Source: Desulfofalx alkaliphila DSM 12257
Lineage (GTDB): Bacteria > Bacillota > Desulfotomaculia > Desulfotomaculales > Desulfohalotomaculaceae
DNA length: 24,000 bases
Direction: 5' to 3'
Assembly: GCF_000711975.1 (NCBI RefSeq)
Contig: NZ_JONT01000020.1
Location: 1 to 24,000, forward strand
Positions 5,582 through 14,724 of the stretch are shown here, one piece after another; the stretch's first letter is position 1, and each line of letters begins with the position of its first letter. Made by a program: the position numbers and the translations under genes. Under the pieces are notes generated by a model. That model saw only the letters and a program-made list of their open reading frames with translations, did not search any database and was not told the origin of the DNA.

Positions 5582-7966
5582 TTAATCCCGATACTTCAAT
5601 GCTTCTACCATATCCAGTTTCCGGATGCCGCGGTTAGCATATTTGAATGCCACCATGACAAAGATAATCCCACCAATGGCCGAAAGTATGTAAGTCATGG
5701 GGTAGATTATTACCGGAATAATAAACATATCGGTGCTCACGGCGTTAATATAACCATGGGCCATGGCGCGGCCGAAGGGTAGCCCTAAGGCTATACCCAG
5801 TACCGTTTGTATTGCCGTTTCTTTGAGCAGCAAATTGGAAATTTCTCGGTTGGAAAAACCGATTACCTTTAATGATGCCAATTCATTTTTTCGCTCGTAA
5901 AAGTTTATTAGGGATGAATTATAGACAATGGCAAAACCCAGCACACCGGCAAAGATTACCATTACCCCGGTAAAGTAAACCATCATTTCTAAATGTTGGT
6001 AAAAATTATCTAACTCTTTTTGGCGGCTGAGTACCGATGAAACCCCAATGATCTTATTCAACTGCTCCTCCACCGGCAAAGCTTTTCCATGTTCCACCTT
6101 GAGCATGGCACCGGTGACCACTTGATGTTCACCAATTAAACGGTTAAGCTGCGAAATATTAATATAGCTGCCTCCGCCAACAAATTGCCTGTTAATTCCC
6201 ATCACGGTTAAGTAATCTTGGTGGGAAGGTCCGATACCCAGTTGGGTTTCAACTTTTACTTTGTCTCCGATGTTAACTCCCAAATCATGGGCAGTGCGGC
6301 GGTCCATGAGTATACCGTTGGTCGGCAGCCACAACTGCTGCCCTTGTTCTCCAACCAACATTTTTAGCGAGACATCAGTGGGTAAACCAAGCAATGTATC
6401 ATCTGCAGTTTTGTCACCGAATGCCATTTTAACGGGCATCTCAAAGATTGGCTCTGTTTTTATTACTCCATCCAATTGGGAAATATATAGCAGTTCATTA
6501 TCCTTAACCGGGGCATCAAAACGCACTATCAGATCATATTTTTGCTCCCGGTAAAAATGCTGTTCCAAAAGATAGTCTATCGAGTCATTGAAAAACCATG
6601 AAACAACCAGTAAACCCACAGCTAATACCACTCCCAGCGTGGTGATGGCAAATCTAAGCCGGTTACGAAGGACACCCCTAAGGGCCATTTTCCATGAAGG
6701 ATCAAGCCTGCGCCAAAACCAGGGCCAGTTTTCAAAGATTACTTTCCCGGTGCCTTTAGGAGGCTCCGGCCGCATTGCGTGTGCAGCATTTATTTTCAAT
6801 ATGCCCCGGGTGGCAACAAAACCTGCAGCCATAGCCGTGCCCATGCACAGGAAGGCTCCCAGTACAATTGCCGGCATGCTTATGCCGCCCATTGCCTCAG
6901 GCAAGTTAAAATAAAGGGCGTAAACCCGGGTTAAATAGCCGGCAAGAACAACACCCAGTACAGAACCCAGCACCAGGCCGGTTACCGCCACCAGCATTGC
7001 ATATCCGGCGTAATGCCACATAATCTGCCTATTATGGTAGCCCAATGCTTTCATGATACCGATTTGTAATCGTTGGGACTTCACTAGTCTACTGATAATT
7101 ACAAATTGTATCAGTGCCGCCACCAGTAAAAATATCACAGGCAATGATTGGGAGGTGGTCAGTAATTGATCTAACTCAGCCTGCAATAGGGCATGACTGA
7201 TTTGATCGTCCCGGGGATAGTTAGTCAGATTGCCGTAGGGTTCCAGGATATTTTCAATTTGTCTTACTGTGGCATCTTTATCGGCACCGGGGGCAAAAAT
7301 AATCAATATTTGATTGATCTGCCCAGGCAGATTTAAAAATTGTTGGGCCAGGGCGTTGGGCACGTAAAAGATACCAAAGGTTTCATAATCGGGTATCAGG
7401 GTGGATGCATCCTTAATAGGGTAAACAAACTCCGGGCCTATGGCAGTACCCGCCACCGTTAAAGTTACTTGTTTGCCTTCGGCAGCAATTGTTAGGGTAT
7501 CGTTGAAGGATAGTTTGTTAGCCTCGGCGTACTGGGGATCCAAAAGCACTTCGTATTTGCCCCCATGCCCATGCTCATCAAATATCTGACCGGAAGTTAT
7601 CTCGATACCGTTTATTTCGTTTTCTATGGGCAACCAATAACCTGTTAGCCGGGCGGTGGCCCTTTGATTGTCTTCTTTGAGAACAGGAACATCCTTTTGT
7701 ATCCGGCCGGTTACCTTAAGTACCCCCGGTAAATCCTCAATGCGGCTGACTATTTCCTGGGGAGCATTAATGACATGAAAATAGTGATCGGCAAAATTGT
7801 TATCTTTATAGTATTTATCCTGAGTAGCTTCTAGATTATGATAGGTGGTAACCATTGCAATAAAAACTGTCATGCCAAGCATCACCACAGCCGCCACCGC
7901 TAAGAACTGGCCTTTGGTACTTAAAACAGTGCGCCACAGCTTTTTGTTCAGAGAATTCATTACCAT
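5582..7966 (-). CDS. ABC transporter permease with two FtsX/MacB-type 4-TM modules and two large extracytoplasmic domains
   Basis: 794 aa. It has duplicated FtsX-like signatures (MKALGYHNRQIMWHY... and LKVIGFSNREISNLLLKE...). The start overlaps the ATPase stop (ATGGTAA). Confidence 0.85.
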   Translation of the reverse strand: MVMNSLNKKLWRTVLSTKGQFLAVAAVVMLGMTVFIAMVTTYHNLEATQDKYYKDNNFADHYFHVINAPQEIVSRIEDLPGVLKVTGRIQKDVPVLKEDNQRATARLTGYWLPIENEINGIEITSGQIFDEHGHGGKYEVLLDPQYAEANKLSFNDTLTIAAEGKQVTLTVAGTAIGPEFVYPIKDASTLIPDYETFGIFYVPNALAQQFLNLPGQINQILIIFAPGADKDATVRQIENILEPYGNLTNYPRDDQISHALLQAELDQLLTTSQSLPVIFLLVAALIQFVIISRLVKSQRLQIGIMKALGYHNRQIMWHYAGYAMLVAVTGLVLGSVLGVVLAGYLTRVYALYFNLPEAMGGISMPAIVLGAFLCMGTAMAAGFVATRGILKINAAHAMRPEPPKGTGKVIFENWPWFWRRLDPSWKMALRGVLRNRLRFAITTLGVVLAVGLLVVSWFFNDSIDYLLEQHFYREQKYDLIVRFDAPVKDNELLYISQLDGVIKTEPIFEMPVKMAFGDKTADDTLLGLPTDVSLKMLVGEQGQQLWLPTNGILMDRRTAHDLGVNIGDKVKVETQLGIGPSHQDYLTVMGINRQFVGGGSYINISQLNRLIGEHQVVTGAMLKVEHGKALPVEEQLNKIIGVSSVLSRQKELDNFYQHLEMMVYFTGVMVIFAGVLGFAIVYNSSLINFYERKNELASLKVIGFSNREISNLLLKETAIQTVLGIALGLPFGRAMAHGYINAVSTDMFIIPVIIYPMTYILSAIGGIIFVMVAFKYANRGIRKLDMVEALKYRD

Positions 7967-8670
7967 TCTATCCTTTCCGGCGGCAGCGGCTCAGCATTTT
8001 CAATTATTTCGGTAACAACACCGCTGCGCATCCGAATTACCCTATTGGCCATATTCCCAATGGCACTGTTGTGAGTGACAATGACCACGGTACTGCCATA
8101 CTGGCGGTTGAATTTGAGCAGTAAATCTAAAATTTTCTTGCCGGTTTTATCATCCAGTGCCCCTGTGGGCTCGTCACATAACAAGAGTTGAGGTTTTTTA
8201 ACTGCTGCCCGGGCAATTGATACCCGCTGTTGTTCACCGCCGCTCAACTGCGAGGGGAAATGATCCATTCTGTCACTGAGACCAACTTCCCCCAATATTT
8301 CCTCGGTGTACAGGGGTTCATCAACTAAATTGGCGGCTAACTCCACATTTTCCCTGCTTGTGAGGTCGTAAATAAGGTTATAGAATTGAAACACAAAACC
8401 AATTTCTGTCCTGCGAAATTCAGTAAGCTCTGCATCTCCCGCCTGGCTGAGAACTTGGTTGCCGTATAGCACTTTGCCGCCGGTGGGCAAATCCAAGCCT
8501 CCCATGATATTGAGTAAGGTGCTCTTGCCTGAGCCGCTGGGCCCCAAAATTACCATTAACTCACCCTGGTATATATCTAGGGAGGTTTCCTTTAAAGCCT
8601 CCACCTTTACTTCTCCCATTTGGTACACCTTGGTGACCTGTTCCAATTTCATCAAAACCTTTTTACTCAT
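7960..8670 (-). CDS. ABC transporter ATP-binding protein (MacB/LolD-type)
   Basis: Walker A GPSGSGKST, Q-loop, ABC signature LSGGEQQRV, Walker B LLLCDEPTGALD and H-loop VTHN are all present. A GGAGG ribosome-binding site precedes the start. Confidence 0.95.
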   Translation of the reverse strand: MSKKVLMKLEQVTKVYQMGEVKVEALKETSLDIYQGELMVILGPSGSGKSTLLNIMGGLDLPTGGKVLYGNQVLSQAGDAELTEFRRTEIGFVFQFYNLIYDLTSRENVELAANLVDEPLYTEEILGEVGLSDRMDHFPSQLSGGEQQRVSIARAAVKKPQLLLCDEPTGALDDKTGKKILDLLLKFNRQYGSTVVIVTHNSAIGNMANRVIRMRSGVVTEIIENAEPLPPERIEW

Positions 8671-8714
8671 TACCTTGCCTCCAATAGCAATCTATATGGG
8701 TGGTGGCCCTTGGA

Positions 8715-8746
8715 TTATGAAATATTTGTCTTGTTATATTTCATAA
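8715..8746. promoter_or_regulatory. Operator palindrome 1 (putative TetR site): TTATGAAATAT-N10-ATATTTCATAA
   Basis: A perfect 11-bp inverted repeat in the divergent promoter region between the efflux operon and the TetR gene. Confidence 0.7.
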
Positions 8747-8774
8747 TACTAAAGTATTGATCCAATGGCAACAA

Positions 8775-8808
8775 GTTATGAAATATTATATTTGAAATAT
8801 TTCATAAC
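8775..8808. promoter_or_regulatory. Operator palindrome 2 (putative TetR site): GTTATGAAATAT-N10-ATATTTCATAAC
   Basis: A perfect 12-bp inverted repeat with the same half-site and the same 10-nt spacer as palindrome 1, 60 nt away. Confidence 0.7.
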
Positions 8809-8840
8809 TAATAGTATTCTAAAGGGGGAGGGGAAGAATC

Positions 8841-9443
8841 TTGAATGGATTTGAGCGACGCAGGGAAAGAAAAAAGGAAAGCATTCGCCAGGCAGCAGTG
8901 GACCTATTTACTAAGTTTGGTGAGAAAAGCGTCAGCGTTGCTAAAATTGCTAAAAAGGCAAAGGTGTCGCAAGTAACCATATACAACTATTTTGGCAGTA
9001 AAGAAAATCTCTACTATGAAGCAATTGAGTTATTCTTAGATAAAGTTTTGCAAGATATTAAAGAATTGCTGGAAAGTGATTTGCCTTACCCTCAAAAAAT
9101 AGAACAACTTGTTTTTGAAAGTATTAAATATGAGCGCACCATTAGCCCGGAATTCATTAAATCACTAAATATAAAAGAACCGACAATTACCGGAATTGTG
9201 GAGAACTTTGCTAACAATAGGTATATTCCATTATTGCTGAACTTTATTGAACAGGGTAAAGTTGAAGGTTATGTGAACAAGGAAATTTCCGCAGAAGCCA
9301 TATTGCTCTATATAAGAGCATTTAAACTCTTAAAAGAATCAGAGATACTTACCGATTATGAAAACAAAAAACATTTATCCAAGGAATTAATGGAATTATT
9401 TTTCTATGGCCTCATGGGAAGTCCAAAAAACTCGCCAACTTGA
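8841..9443 (+). CDS. TetR/AcrR-family transcriptional regulator
   Basis: The N-terminal helix-turn-helix is IRQAAVDLFTKFGEKSVSVAKIAKKAKVSQVTIYNYFGSKENLY. A TTG start lies 7 nt after GGGGGAGGGG. The gene is divergent from the efflux operon. Confidence 0.9.
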   Translation: MNGFERRRERKKESIRQAAVDLFTKFGEKSVSVAKIAKKAKVSQVTIYNYFGSKENLYYEAIELFLDKVLQDIKELLESDLPYPQKIEQLVFESIKYERTISPEFIKSLNIKEPTITGIVENFANNRYIPLLLNFIEQGKVEGYVNKEISAEAILLYIRAFKLLKESEILTDYENKKHLSKELMELFFYGLMGSPKNSPT

Positions 9444-9459
9444 TAATTGGCGAGTTTTT
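9431..9459 (+). terminator. Rho-independent terminator of the TetR gene
   Basis: ctcgccaa (9431-9438) pairs with ttggcgag (9447-9454), followed by ttttt. The structure overlaps the stop codon. Confidence 0.8.
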
Positions 9460-9545
9460 CTAATGCAAATAATTGAGTGCTTAACATAAAGCGGCGGCGC
9501 TTTTAATAAACAATATAAGGACCTTAGTTGGGGAGGAATAGAAAA

Positions 9546-11093
9546 ATGACTAAAGTTTTGGTGGGAAGTGCTGTCCGTCAAAGGCCGGCAATTTTAAAGG
9601 CTTTTTTAACCTCATTAATTAACCTTGATAAGTCGGGCTTAATTGTTGATTATGTTTTTGTAAACGACAATGATGTTGTTGAATCGGAAAACATATTAAC
9701 TAAGTTTTCGGTTCCTAAAGGCAAGGTTACTATTTTCAATGGAGAGAGGTATGGTACCTATTATTGTGACAGCAACACCCACCGGTGGATGGATGGGCTG
9801 ATTTGGAAGGTTGCCGAATATAAAGACAAAATTATAAGTTATGCCAGGGAAAAGGGCTATGCTTATCTTTTTCTGATTGATTCCGATATTGTCTTACATC
9901 CCCAAACGCTGCTTCATTTAATAAATTGCAAAAAGGATATTATATCCGAAATTTTTTGGACCAAATGGCAGCCGGACCTGCCGTCCCTTCCACAGGTTTG
10001 GGTCTCTGATAAATACACCTTATATTACAAACAAAAAAGTGAAAGTCTTACAAAGGAAGAGATAAAAAGTAGAACAGTGGGTTTTTTACACTGCCTTAAA
10101 ATACCGGGGGTCTATGAAGTTGGCGGTTTGGGTGCCTGTACACTGTTAAGCAAAAAGGCATTGAGGGCAAAGGTCGGTTTTAAAGAAATTCCTAATCTGT
10201 CCTTCTGGGGGGAAGACCGGCACTTTTGCATTCGTGCAGCAGCCTTAGGATTTAAGCTGTATGTGGATACCTGTTATCCTGCCTATCATATTTACAGGGA
10301 AGAAGACTTGGCCGGGGTTGAATCTTTCCTTGATGAAAGCCGTAGAAACCCGGTGGTTTATCAAAAAGACAGCTTTCTGCGAACCAATACAAAGGCGCAA
10401 AACAATAAATTAACCCTTTCTATGCTGGTGAGAAATGAAGCCCAAAGGTATCTAAAGGAAGTGTTAGAAAATGCCCTGCAGTATATTGATGAAGCTGTAA
10501 TTTTAGACGACGCCAGCGATGATAACACAGTGGAGGTGTGTAAAGAGGTATTAAAAGAAATTCCCTTGACTATAATTTCCAATGATCAGCAAAAGTATCC
10601 AGACGAGCTATCCCTAAGAAAACAACTGTGGGATTTAACCCTGTCCACCGGTCCCGATTGGATTTTAACCTTAGATGCCGATGAAGTTTTTGAAGACTTG
10701 GCTAAAGAAGAGATGAAAAAATTAATAAACCAACCGTACTACGATTACTACGCCTTTCGACTCTATGACATGTGGGATGAAAACCATTATCGGGAAGATA
10801 AATATTGGCAGGCACATTTTCATTACCGGCCCTTCCTGCTAAGATACCAACCAAACTTTCAGTATATTTGGCGGAAGACACCTATCCACTGTAGGTTTCC
10901 TGTAAATATCCACCACTTGCCCGGAGCCATCAGCAGACTAAGATTAAAGCATTTGGGCTGGGCAGACCCCAAATATAGAGCAGAGAAGTATCATAGGTAT
11001 ATGAAATATGATCCCCAGGGTAAATACGGGGTAATGGAGCAGTATCAGTCAATATTAGACCCAAACCCGCGCTTAATAAGGTGGGAAGAATAA
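9546..11093 (+). CDS. Two-domain glycosyltransferase: an N-terminal GT-A-like domain with a DSD motif plus a C-terminal GT2 domain with LDADE
   Basis: The ATG at 9546 lies 9 nt after GGGGAGG. Domain 1 has VFVNDNDV...LFLIDSDIVL...GEDRHFC. Domain 2 has LSMLVRNEAQRYL...AVILDDASDDNT...ILTLDADEVF. Confidence 0.8.
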   Translation: MTKVLVGSAVRQRPAILKAFLTSLINLDKSGLIVDYVFVNDNDVVESENILTKFSVPKGKVTIFNGERYGTYYCDSNTHRWMDGLIWKVAEYKDKIISYAREKGYAYLFLIDSDIVLHPQTLLHLINCKKDIISEIFWTKWQPDLPSLPQVWVSDKYTLYYKQKSESLTKEEIKSRTVGFLHCLKIPGVYEVGGLGACTLLSKKALRAKVGFKEIPNLSFWGEDRHFCIRAAALGFKLYVDTCYPAYHIYREEDLAGVESFLDESRRNPVVYQKDSFLRTNTKAQNNKLTLSMLVRNEAQRYLKEVLENALQYIDEAVILDDASDDNTVEVCKEVLKEIPLTIISNDQQKYPDELSLRKQLWDLTLSTGPDWILTLDADEVFEDLAKEEMKKLINQPYYDYYAFRLYDMWDENHYREDKYWQAHFHYRPFLLRYQPNFQYIWRKTPIHCRFPVNIHHLPGAISRLRLKHLGWADPKYRAEKYHRYMKYDPQGKYGVMEQYQSILDPNPRLIRWEE

Positions 11094-11118
11094 AGAAGGA
11101 GTATCAACATTAGGTTAA

Positions 11119-12723
11119 TTACCCATGAAGGTCCCGTTTGTTATAGCCTATAAAGCCAATCACTGAAAATGCCAGCGCAATTGCAGTTAGTACTGACATA
11201 CTTGTGTAATTTATATCTTCAATTGGTACTTGGGGAATATGACCGAAGGGTGATATGTTAGTCACCCAATGGGGGAGTTGAAGTAAGCTGCCCAAATATG
11301 TTCCGAAAAATGAATATGCTAAATATAACCAAACTAGATCTGCTATTCTCGGCACAAGGCCAATAAGAAATACTGCAATACCGATACTTACCCACATGGC
11401 CGGCAGATAAACCACGGCGGCACTGAACATAGTGGCAAAGGGAATTGGGTTATCCATTGCTGCTGTTCCGGCAAGCCACAGGCCCAGTACAGCCAGCAAC
11501 AATAAAAAGAAACTTGCGGTAAAGGAAATAGAAAAATAACTTCCCATCATACGGCTGCGGGAAACTGCCCGGGTTAACAAATGTTCTGTAAGATTTCTTT
11601 TTTCTTCTCCCCTGAGCTTTAAAAGCGTCATAACAACCGGAATGGTACAAATAATAGCAATGGTTGACATCAAAAGTGATAAAAATTGTTCTGTTACTGA
11701 AAAACCTTCTACAGGTGCAATTAGCTTTCGCATCATTTGGTTTTTTCCAATGAAGGTTTCTAAATCACCCAATACAGATCCATATGAAATTCCTAAAAGA
11801 AATAAACCGATTGCCCAGGCAATTATTGCTGTGCGCTGAAGTTTTAATGCCAGGCCAAGGGGACTTTGTAAAAAGGCAGAGGCATTTTTTCTTCCTGGTT
11901 TTGCCGGTAAAAATCCGGCACCTAAATCACGGCTTTTATTTAAATAAAGGGCTGTCGAGAAAAAGATCAATGCAATAACTGTGGTTAATAATACTGGCCA
12001 CCAGTAATTATTTACATACACTTCAGTACGTAATATCCAACCCAGTGGTGACAACCATGAAAGAGCTTCTACGCTGACATCTCCGATGGCACGAATAAGA
12101 TAAGCCATCCCCAACAGCGCCAAGGAAAAACCAATGGTGCCTTGGGAACTCTCTGAAAGCTGGGCAAACAATGCCGTTGTTGAGGCGAAAAAGCTCCCTA
12201 TTGCAGCCAATGTAACTGCATATAAAATTGAACCTTCTAAATCTATACTTTCAATACCAAGTAGAAGCAGTCCGAAAGCTATTAATAGGGCTAACAAAAC
12301 ATTTGTTCCAAATACAAATAAGCCGGTGGCGGTTAAATTAGATAAACGCCCAAGGTTAAGGGAGCGCAGCATCTCCAGGCGACCATTCTCTTCATCTTCC
12401 CGTGTATGACGTGTAACAAATAAAATATTCATAATGGATACGGCTATGGAAGTGAAAAGCAGCATTTGATGAGCCATCATTGCCCCTATTGTATAATTAT
12501 CTATCCCGTATACAGGGCCGACCATGGCAATCATGGCTGGGTTAAGCATGGTTTCTGCTATTGCCTGCCTTTCTTGCTCTGTTGCATATAAGCCGCTGAA
12601 GGCAGAAGCAGTAATTACGGTAATTAGAGTTACAAGGAATAGCCAAAGGGGAAAAGGGATGCGGTCCCGGCGTACAATGAAATGCACAAGTGTTACTGTG
12701 TTATGAAATAATTGTTTCGACAC
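11119..12723 (-). CDS. ABC-2-type exporter permease, about 12 TM helices (resembles the 'putative exporter of polyketide antibiotics' class)
   Basis: 534 aa and highly hydrophobic throughout. The GTG start lies immediately after the ATPase stop, with GGAG/GGGGG upstream. Confidence 0.8.
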   Translation of the reverse strand: MSKQLFHNTVTLVHFIVRRDRIPFPLWLFLVTLITVITASAFSGLYATEQERQAIAETMLNPAMIAMVGPVYGIDNYTIGAMMAHQMLLFTSIAVSIMNILFVTRHTREDEENGRLEMLRSLNLGRLSNLTATGLFVFGTNVLLALLIAFGLLLLGIESIDLEGSILYAVTLAAIGSFFASTTALFAQLSESSQGTIGFSLALLGMAYLIRAIGDVSVEALSWLSPLGWILRTEVYVNNYWWPVLLTTVIALIFFSTALYLNKSRDLGAGFLPAKPGRKNASAFLQSPLGLALKLQRTAIIAWAIGLFLLGISYGSVLGDLETFIGKNQMMRKLIAPVEGFSVTEQFLSLLMSTIAIICTIPVVMTLLKLRGEEKRNLTEHLLTRAVSRSRMMGSYFSISFTASFFLLLLAVLGLWLAGTAAMDNPIPFATMFSAAVVYLPAMWVSIGIAVFLIGLVPRIADLVWLYLAYSFFGTYLGSLLQLPHWVTNISPFGHIPQVPIEDINYTSMSVLTAIALAFSVIGFIGYNKRDLHG

Positions 12724-13617
12724 CTATGATATACCCCCAACTCCTTTATAATGGCGCATAAATAAATCTTCCAAGGTGGGCGGTGCACTTTCTAATTTGA
12801 CAATTTCGAATTGACTTAAGTACTTCATAACGCCACTTAACTCTTCTGTATCCACCTGAAAGGAAAGGACCTGGCCCTTTTCTTCAATATTATGAACACC
12901 CTTTAATTCTTTTAAAGATTTTATTGGCTGCTTTGTCTCTACAAGCATACTGGTTCTTGTTAAATGACGCAGTTCATCTAAAGTACCTGTTTCAATAATT
13001 TGCCCCCGGCGGATGATGCCAACTTTATCACACAGGCGCTCAATTTCAGATAAAATGTGACTGGAAAGCAGCACACTTTTTCCCGCCATTCTAGCTTCCA
13101 TTACGCATTCTTGAAAGACCCTTTCCATTAGGGGATCAAGGCCTGAGGTCGGTTCATCTAAAATATAAAGATCAGCATCCGGTGCAAAGGCTGCAATAAG
13201 GGCAACTTTTTGCCGATTGCCCTTTGAATAGGTTTTGCATTTTTTGGATGGATCTAAGTTAAATTTTTCAATGAGTTCCTCCCGGCGATTTTTATTATTG
13301 GAACCGCGCAGTTTTATAAATAAATCGATTACTTCACCGCCGGTAAGGTTGGGCCATAGATTTACATCGCCGGGCACATATGCAATCCTTTTATGAATTT
13401 CCACTGCATCGTGCCAGGCGTCCTTGCCAAATACTCTGGCTTCACCTTCACTGGCTTTTAAAAGACCTAATAATATTCTGATTGTGGTAGATTTTCCTGC
13501 CCCGTTTGGACCTATAAAGCCGTAAATTTCCCCTTTGCTCACTTCTATGTTAACCCTATCTAAGGCAGTAAAATTGCCAAATCTTTTTGTTAAGTTAATT
13601 GTTTTCAGAACCGCCAT
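12724..13617 (-). CDS. ABC transporter ATP-binding protein (ABC-2/DrrA-like)
   Basis: Walker A GPNGAGKST, signature YSKGNRQKV, Walker B LYILDEPTSGLD and H-loop SSHIL are present, plus a C-terminal accessory domain. Confidence 0.95.
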   Translation of the reverse strand: MAVLKTINLTKRFGNFTALDRVNIEVSKGEIYGFIGPNGAGKSTTIRILLGLLKASEGEARVFGKDAWHDAVEIHKRIAYVPGDVNLWPNLTGGEVIDLFIKLRGSNNKNRREELIEKFNLDPSKKCKTYSKGNRQKVALIAAFAPDADLYILDEPTSGLDPLMERVFQECVMEARMAGKSVLLSSHILSEIERLCDKVGIIRRGQIIETGTLDELRHLTRTSMLVETKQPIKSLKELKGVHNIEEKGQVLSFQVDTEELSGVMKYLSQFEIVKLESAPPTLEDLFMRHYKGVGGIS

Positions 13618-13753
13618 TTTCCGCCCCCCTTAAAAAAGAGTATCTTCGTAAATTCGGTTGGCTATTCATAGCAATGAAAGAGGGGGTAGATATATTGAGA
13701 AGTTTTTTGAGGGGAGTTAGATGCGGCCGACAAAATGAAACATGAATAATATC

Positions 13754-13780
13754 ACGTTTGTGGAAGGGATTCATAAATTA
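13754..13780 (+). promoter_or_regulatory. Candidate SigK-type (late mother-cell) promoter: AC-N16-CATAaatTA
   Basis: AC (13754-13755), a 16-nt spacer, then CATAAATTA (13772-13780), 33 nt upstream of the ATG at 13813. This matches the Bacillus SigK consensus AC-N16/17-CATAnnnTA. It is a short motif in AT-rich DNA. Confidence 0.35.
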
Positions 13781-13812
13781 TAATAAATAACTGTGTAAAG
13801 GTGTTATATAAA

Positions 13813-14694
13813 ATGAAAAAATATATTATTCCGGCAGAAAGGGATACATTCATAGTAACCCGCGAGAAGGAATATACCGCATGTCATTCGCCTTATTTAC
13901 TTGTTGGGGCAGCGGGCCGTCAAAAGTTTTACTCATATATATATTTTAGGCTCTCTTCTATTCCATCCAGACTTTCGATTATATCTGCCAAGTTAAATCT
14001 ATATTTTGATGTTCCACCATATAAAGGCAGGCCCCCTTCTTCGCTAATTCTAAAGTTATTAAAGGACGGGTTTTGTGATTGTAAAACTAAATATTTTAAT
14101 CGACCGAACTTATTGGCGGAACCACAAAAAAATGTACCTATTCCCAAGGACTTTTCTATGGTTAGCATTGATGTCACTGATATTATTAATAAATGGCGGT
14201 TAAATGGGGCTGAAAATATAGGATTTGCATTGTTACCGGATAGGTGCCATAGCAATGGAGTAATTGTCATTAACAGTATAGATGGTATTGATGATTCCTT
14301 GGTTCCAAGCCTCACAGTAGATACCATCGATCCGGGCCTTGGTTTAATATGCCGAGCCGATAATTTTAAAGAGAAGAGGCTTGTGACTGTGGAAGAAAAG
14401 CATAGCAGCACCAGGGAGGTGTGGCATTATTCAATTTTTAGTTATATAGTAAAAAACATTGGTACAAAGAAAGTAATAATTCAGTTACAAAACAGTCCAG
14501 ACGGTATAAATTTTATTGACGAAGAACCGGCCTTTTTATTAAAGCCGGGTCAGACAGACATTTTCGTAAATACCTTTTTTGCGAGATTCGGCAGACTAAA
14601 ATATAAACTGTCACCGGGCGAGGATGGATTAGGGAAAATTAAAATTTGGCTACAGGGCAAGGGTAACACTTTTACCCTCGGAAACATAGGCTAA
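13813..14694 (+). CDS. Uncharacterised two-domain protein: an N-terminal DNRLRE-like beta-sandwich domain and a C-terminal ~80-aa domain shared with the next gene; no signal peptide
   Basis: The N-terminal pattern ERDTFIV...YLLVG...YSYIYFRLSSIP...ISAKLNLY...YFNRPNL...SIDVTDIINKW...ENIGFAL...PSLTV fits the DNRLRE-domain pattern as I remember it. I prefer the ATG at 13813 (AAAGGTG upstream) to the GTG at 13801. Confidence 0.75.
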   Translation: MKKYIIPAERDTFIVTREKEYTACHSPYLLVGAAGRQKFYSYIYFRLSSIPSRLSIISAKLNLYFDVPPYKGRPPSSLILKLLKDGFCDCKTKYFNRPNLLAEPQKNVPIPKDFSMVSIDVTDIINKWRLNGAENIGFALLPDRCHSNGVIVINSIDGIDDSLVPSLTVDTIDPGLGLICRADNFKEKRLVTVEEKHSSTREVWHYSIFSYIVKNIGTKKVIIQLQNSPDGINFIDEEPAFLLKPGQTDIFVNTFFARFGRLKYKLSPGEDGLGKIKIWLQGKGNTFTLGNIG

Positions 14695-14724
14695 TATTAC
14701 CAAAATATGGGGGAGGTTAAAATA

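Noticed and set aside
6261-6914. Plus-strand ORFs (6261-6554 and 6588-6914) inside the FtsX permease gene, and similar antisense ORFs at 4457-4660, 5068-5256, 5420-5782 and 8459-8746
   Set aside because: All lie antisense within well-supported genes that have clear family motifs. They lack ribosome-binding sites and have low-complexity Ser/Pro/Thr-rich translations typical of shadow frames.
9396-9581. A 61-aa minus-strand ORF between the TetR and glycosyltransferase genes
   Set aside because: It runs across the TetR terminator hairpin and the GT ribosome-binding site and start. It has no ribosome-binding site of its own.
13929-14411. A 160-aa minus-strand ORF inside the DNRLRE-like gene
   Set aside because: It is antisense to a frame with recognisable domain motifs and a paralogue next door. 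It has no ribosome-binding site and no recognisable features.
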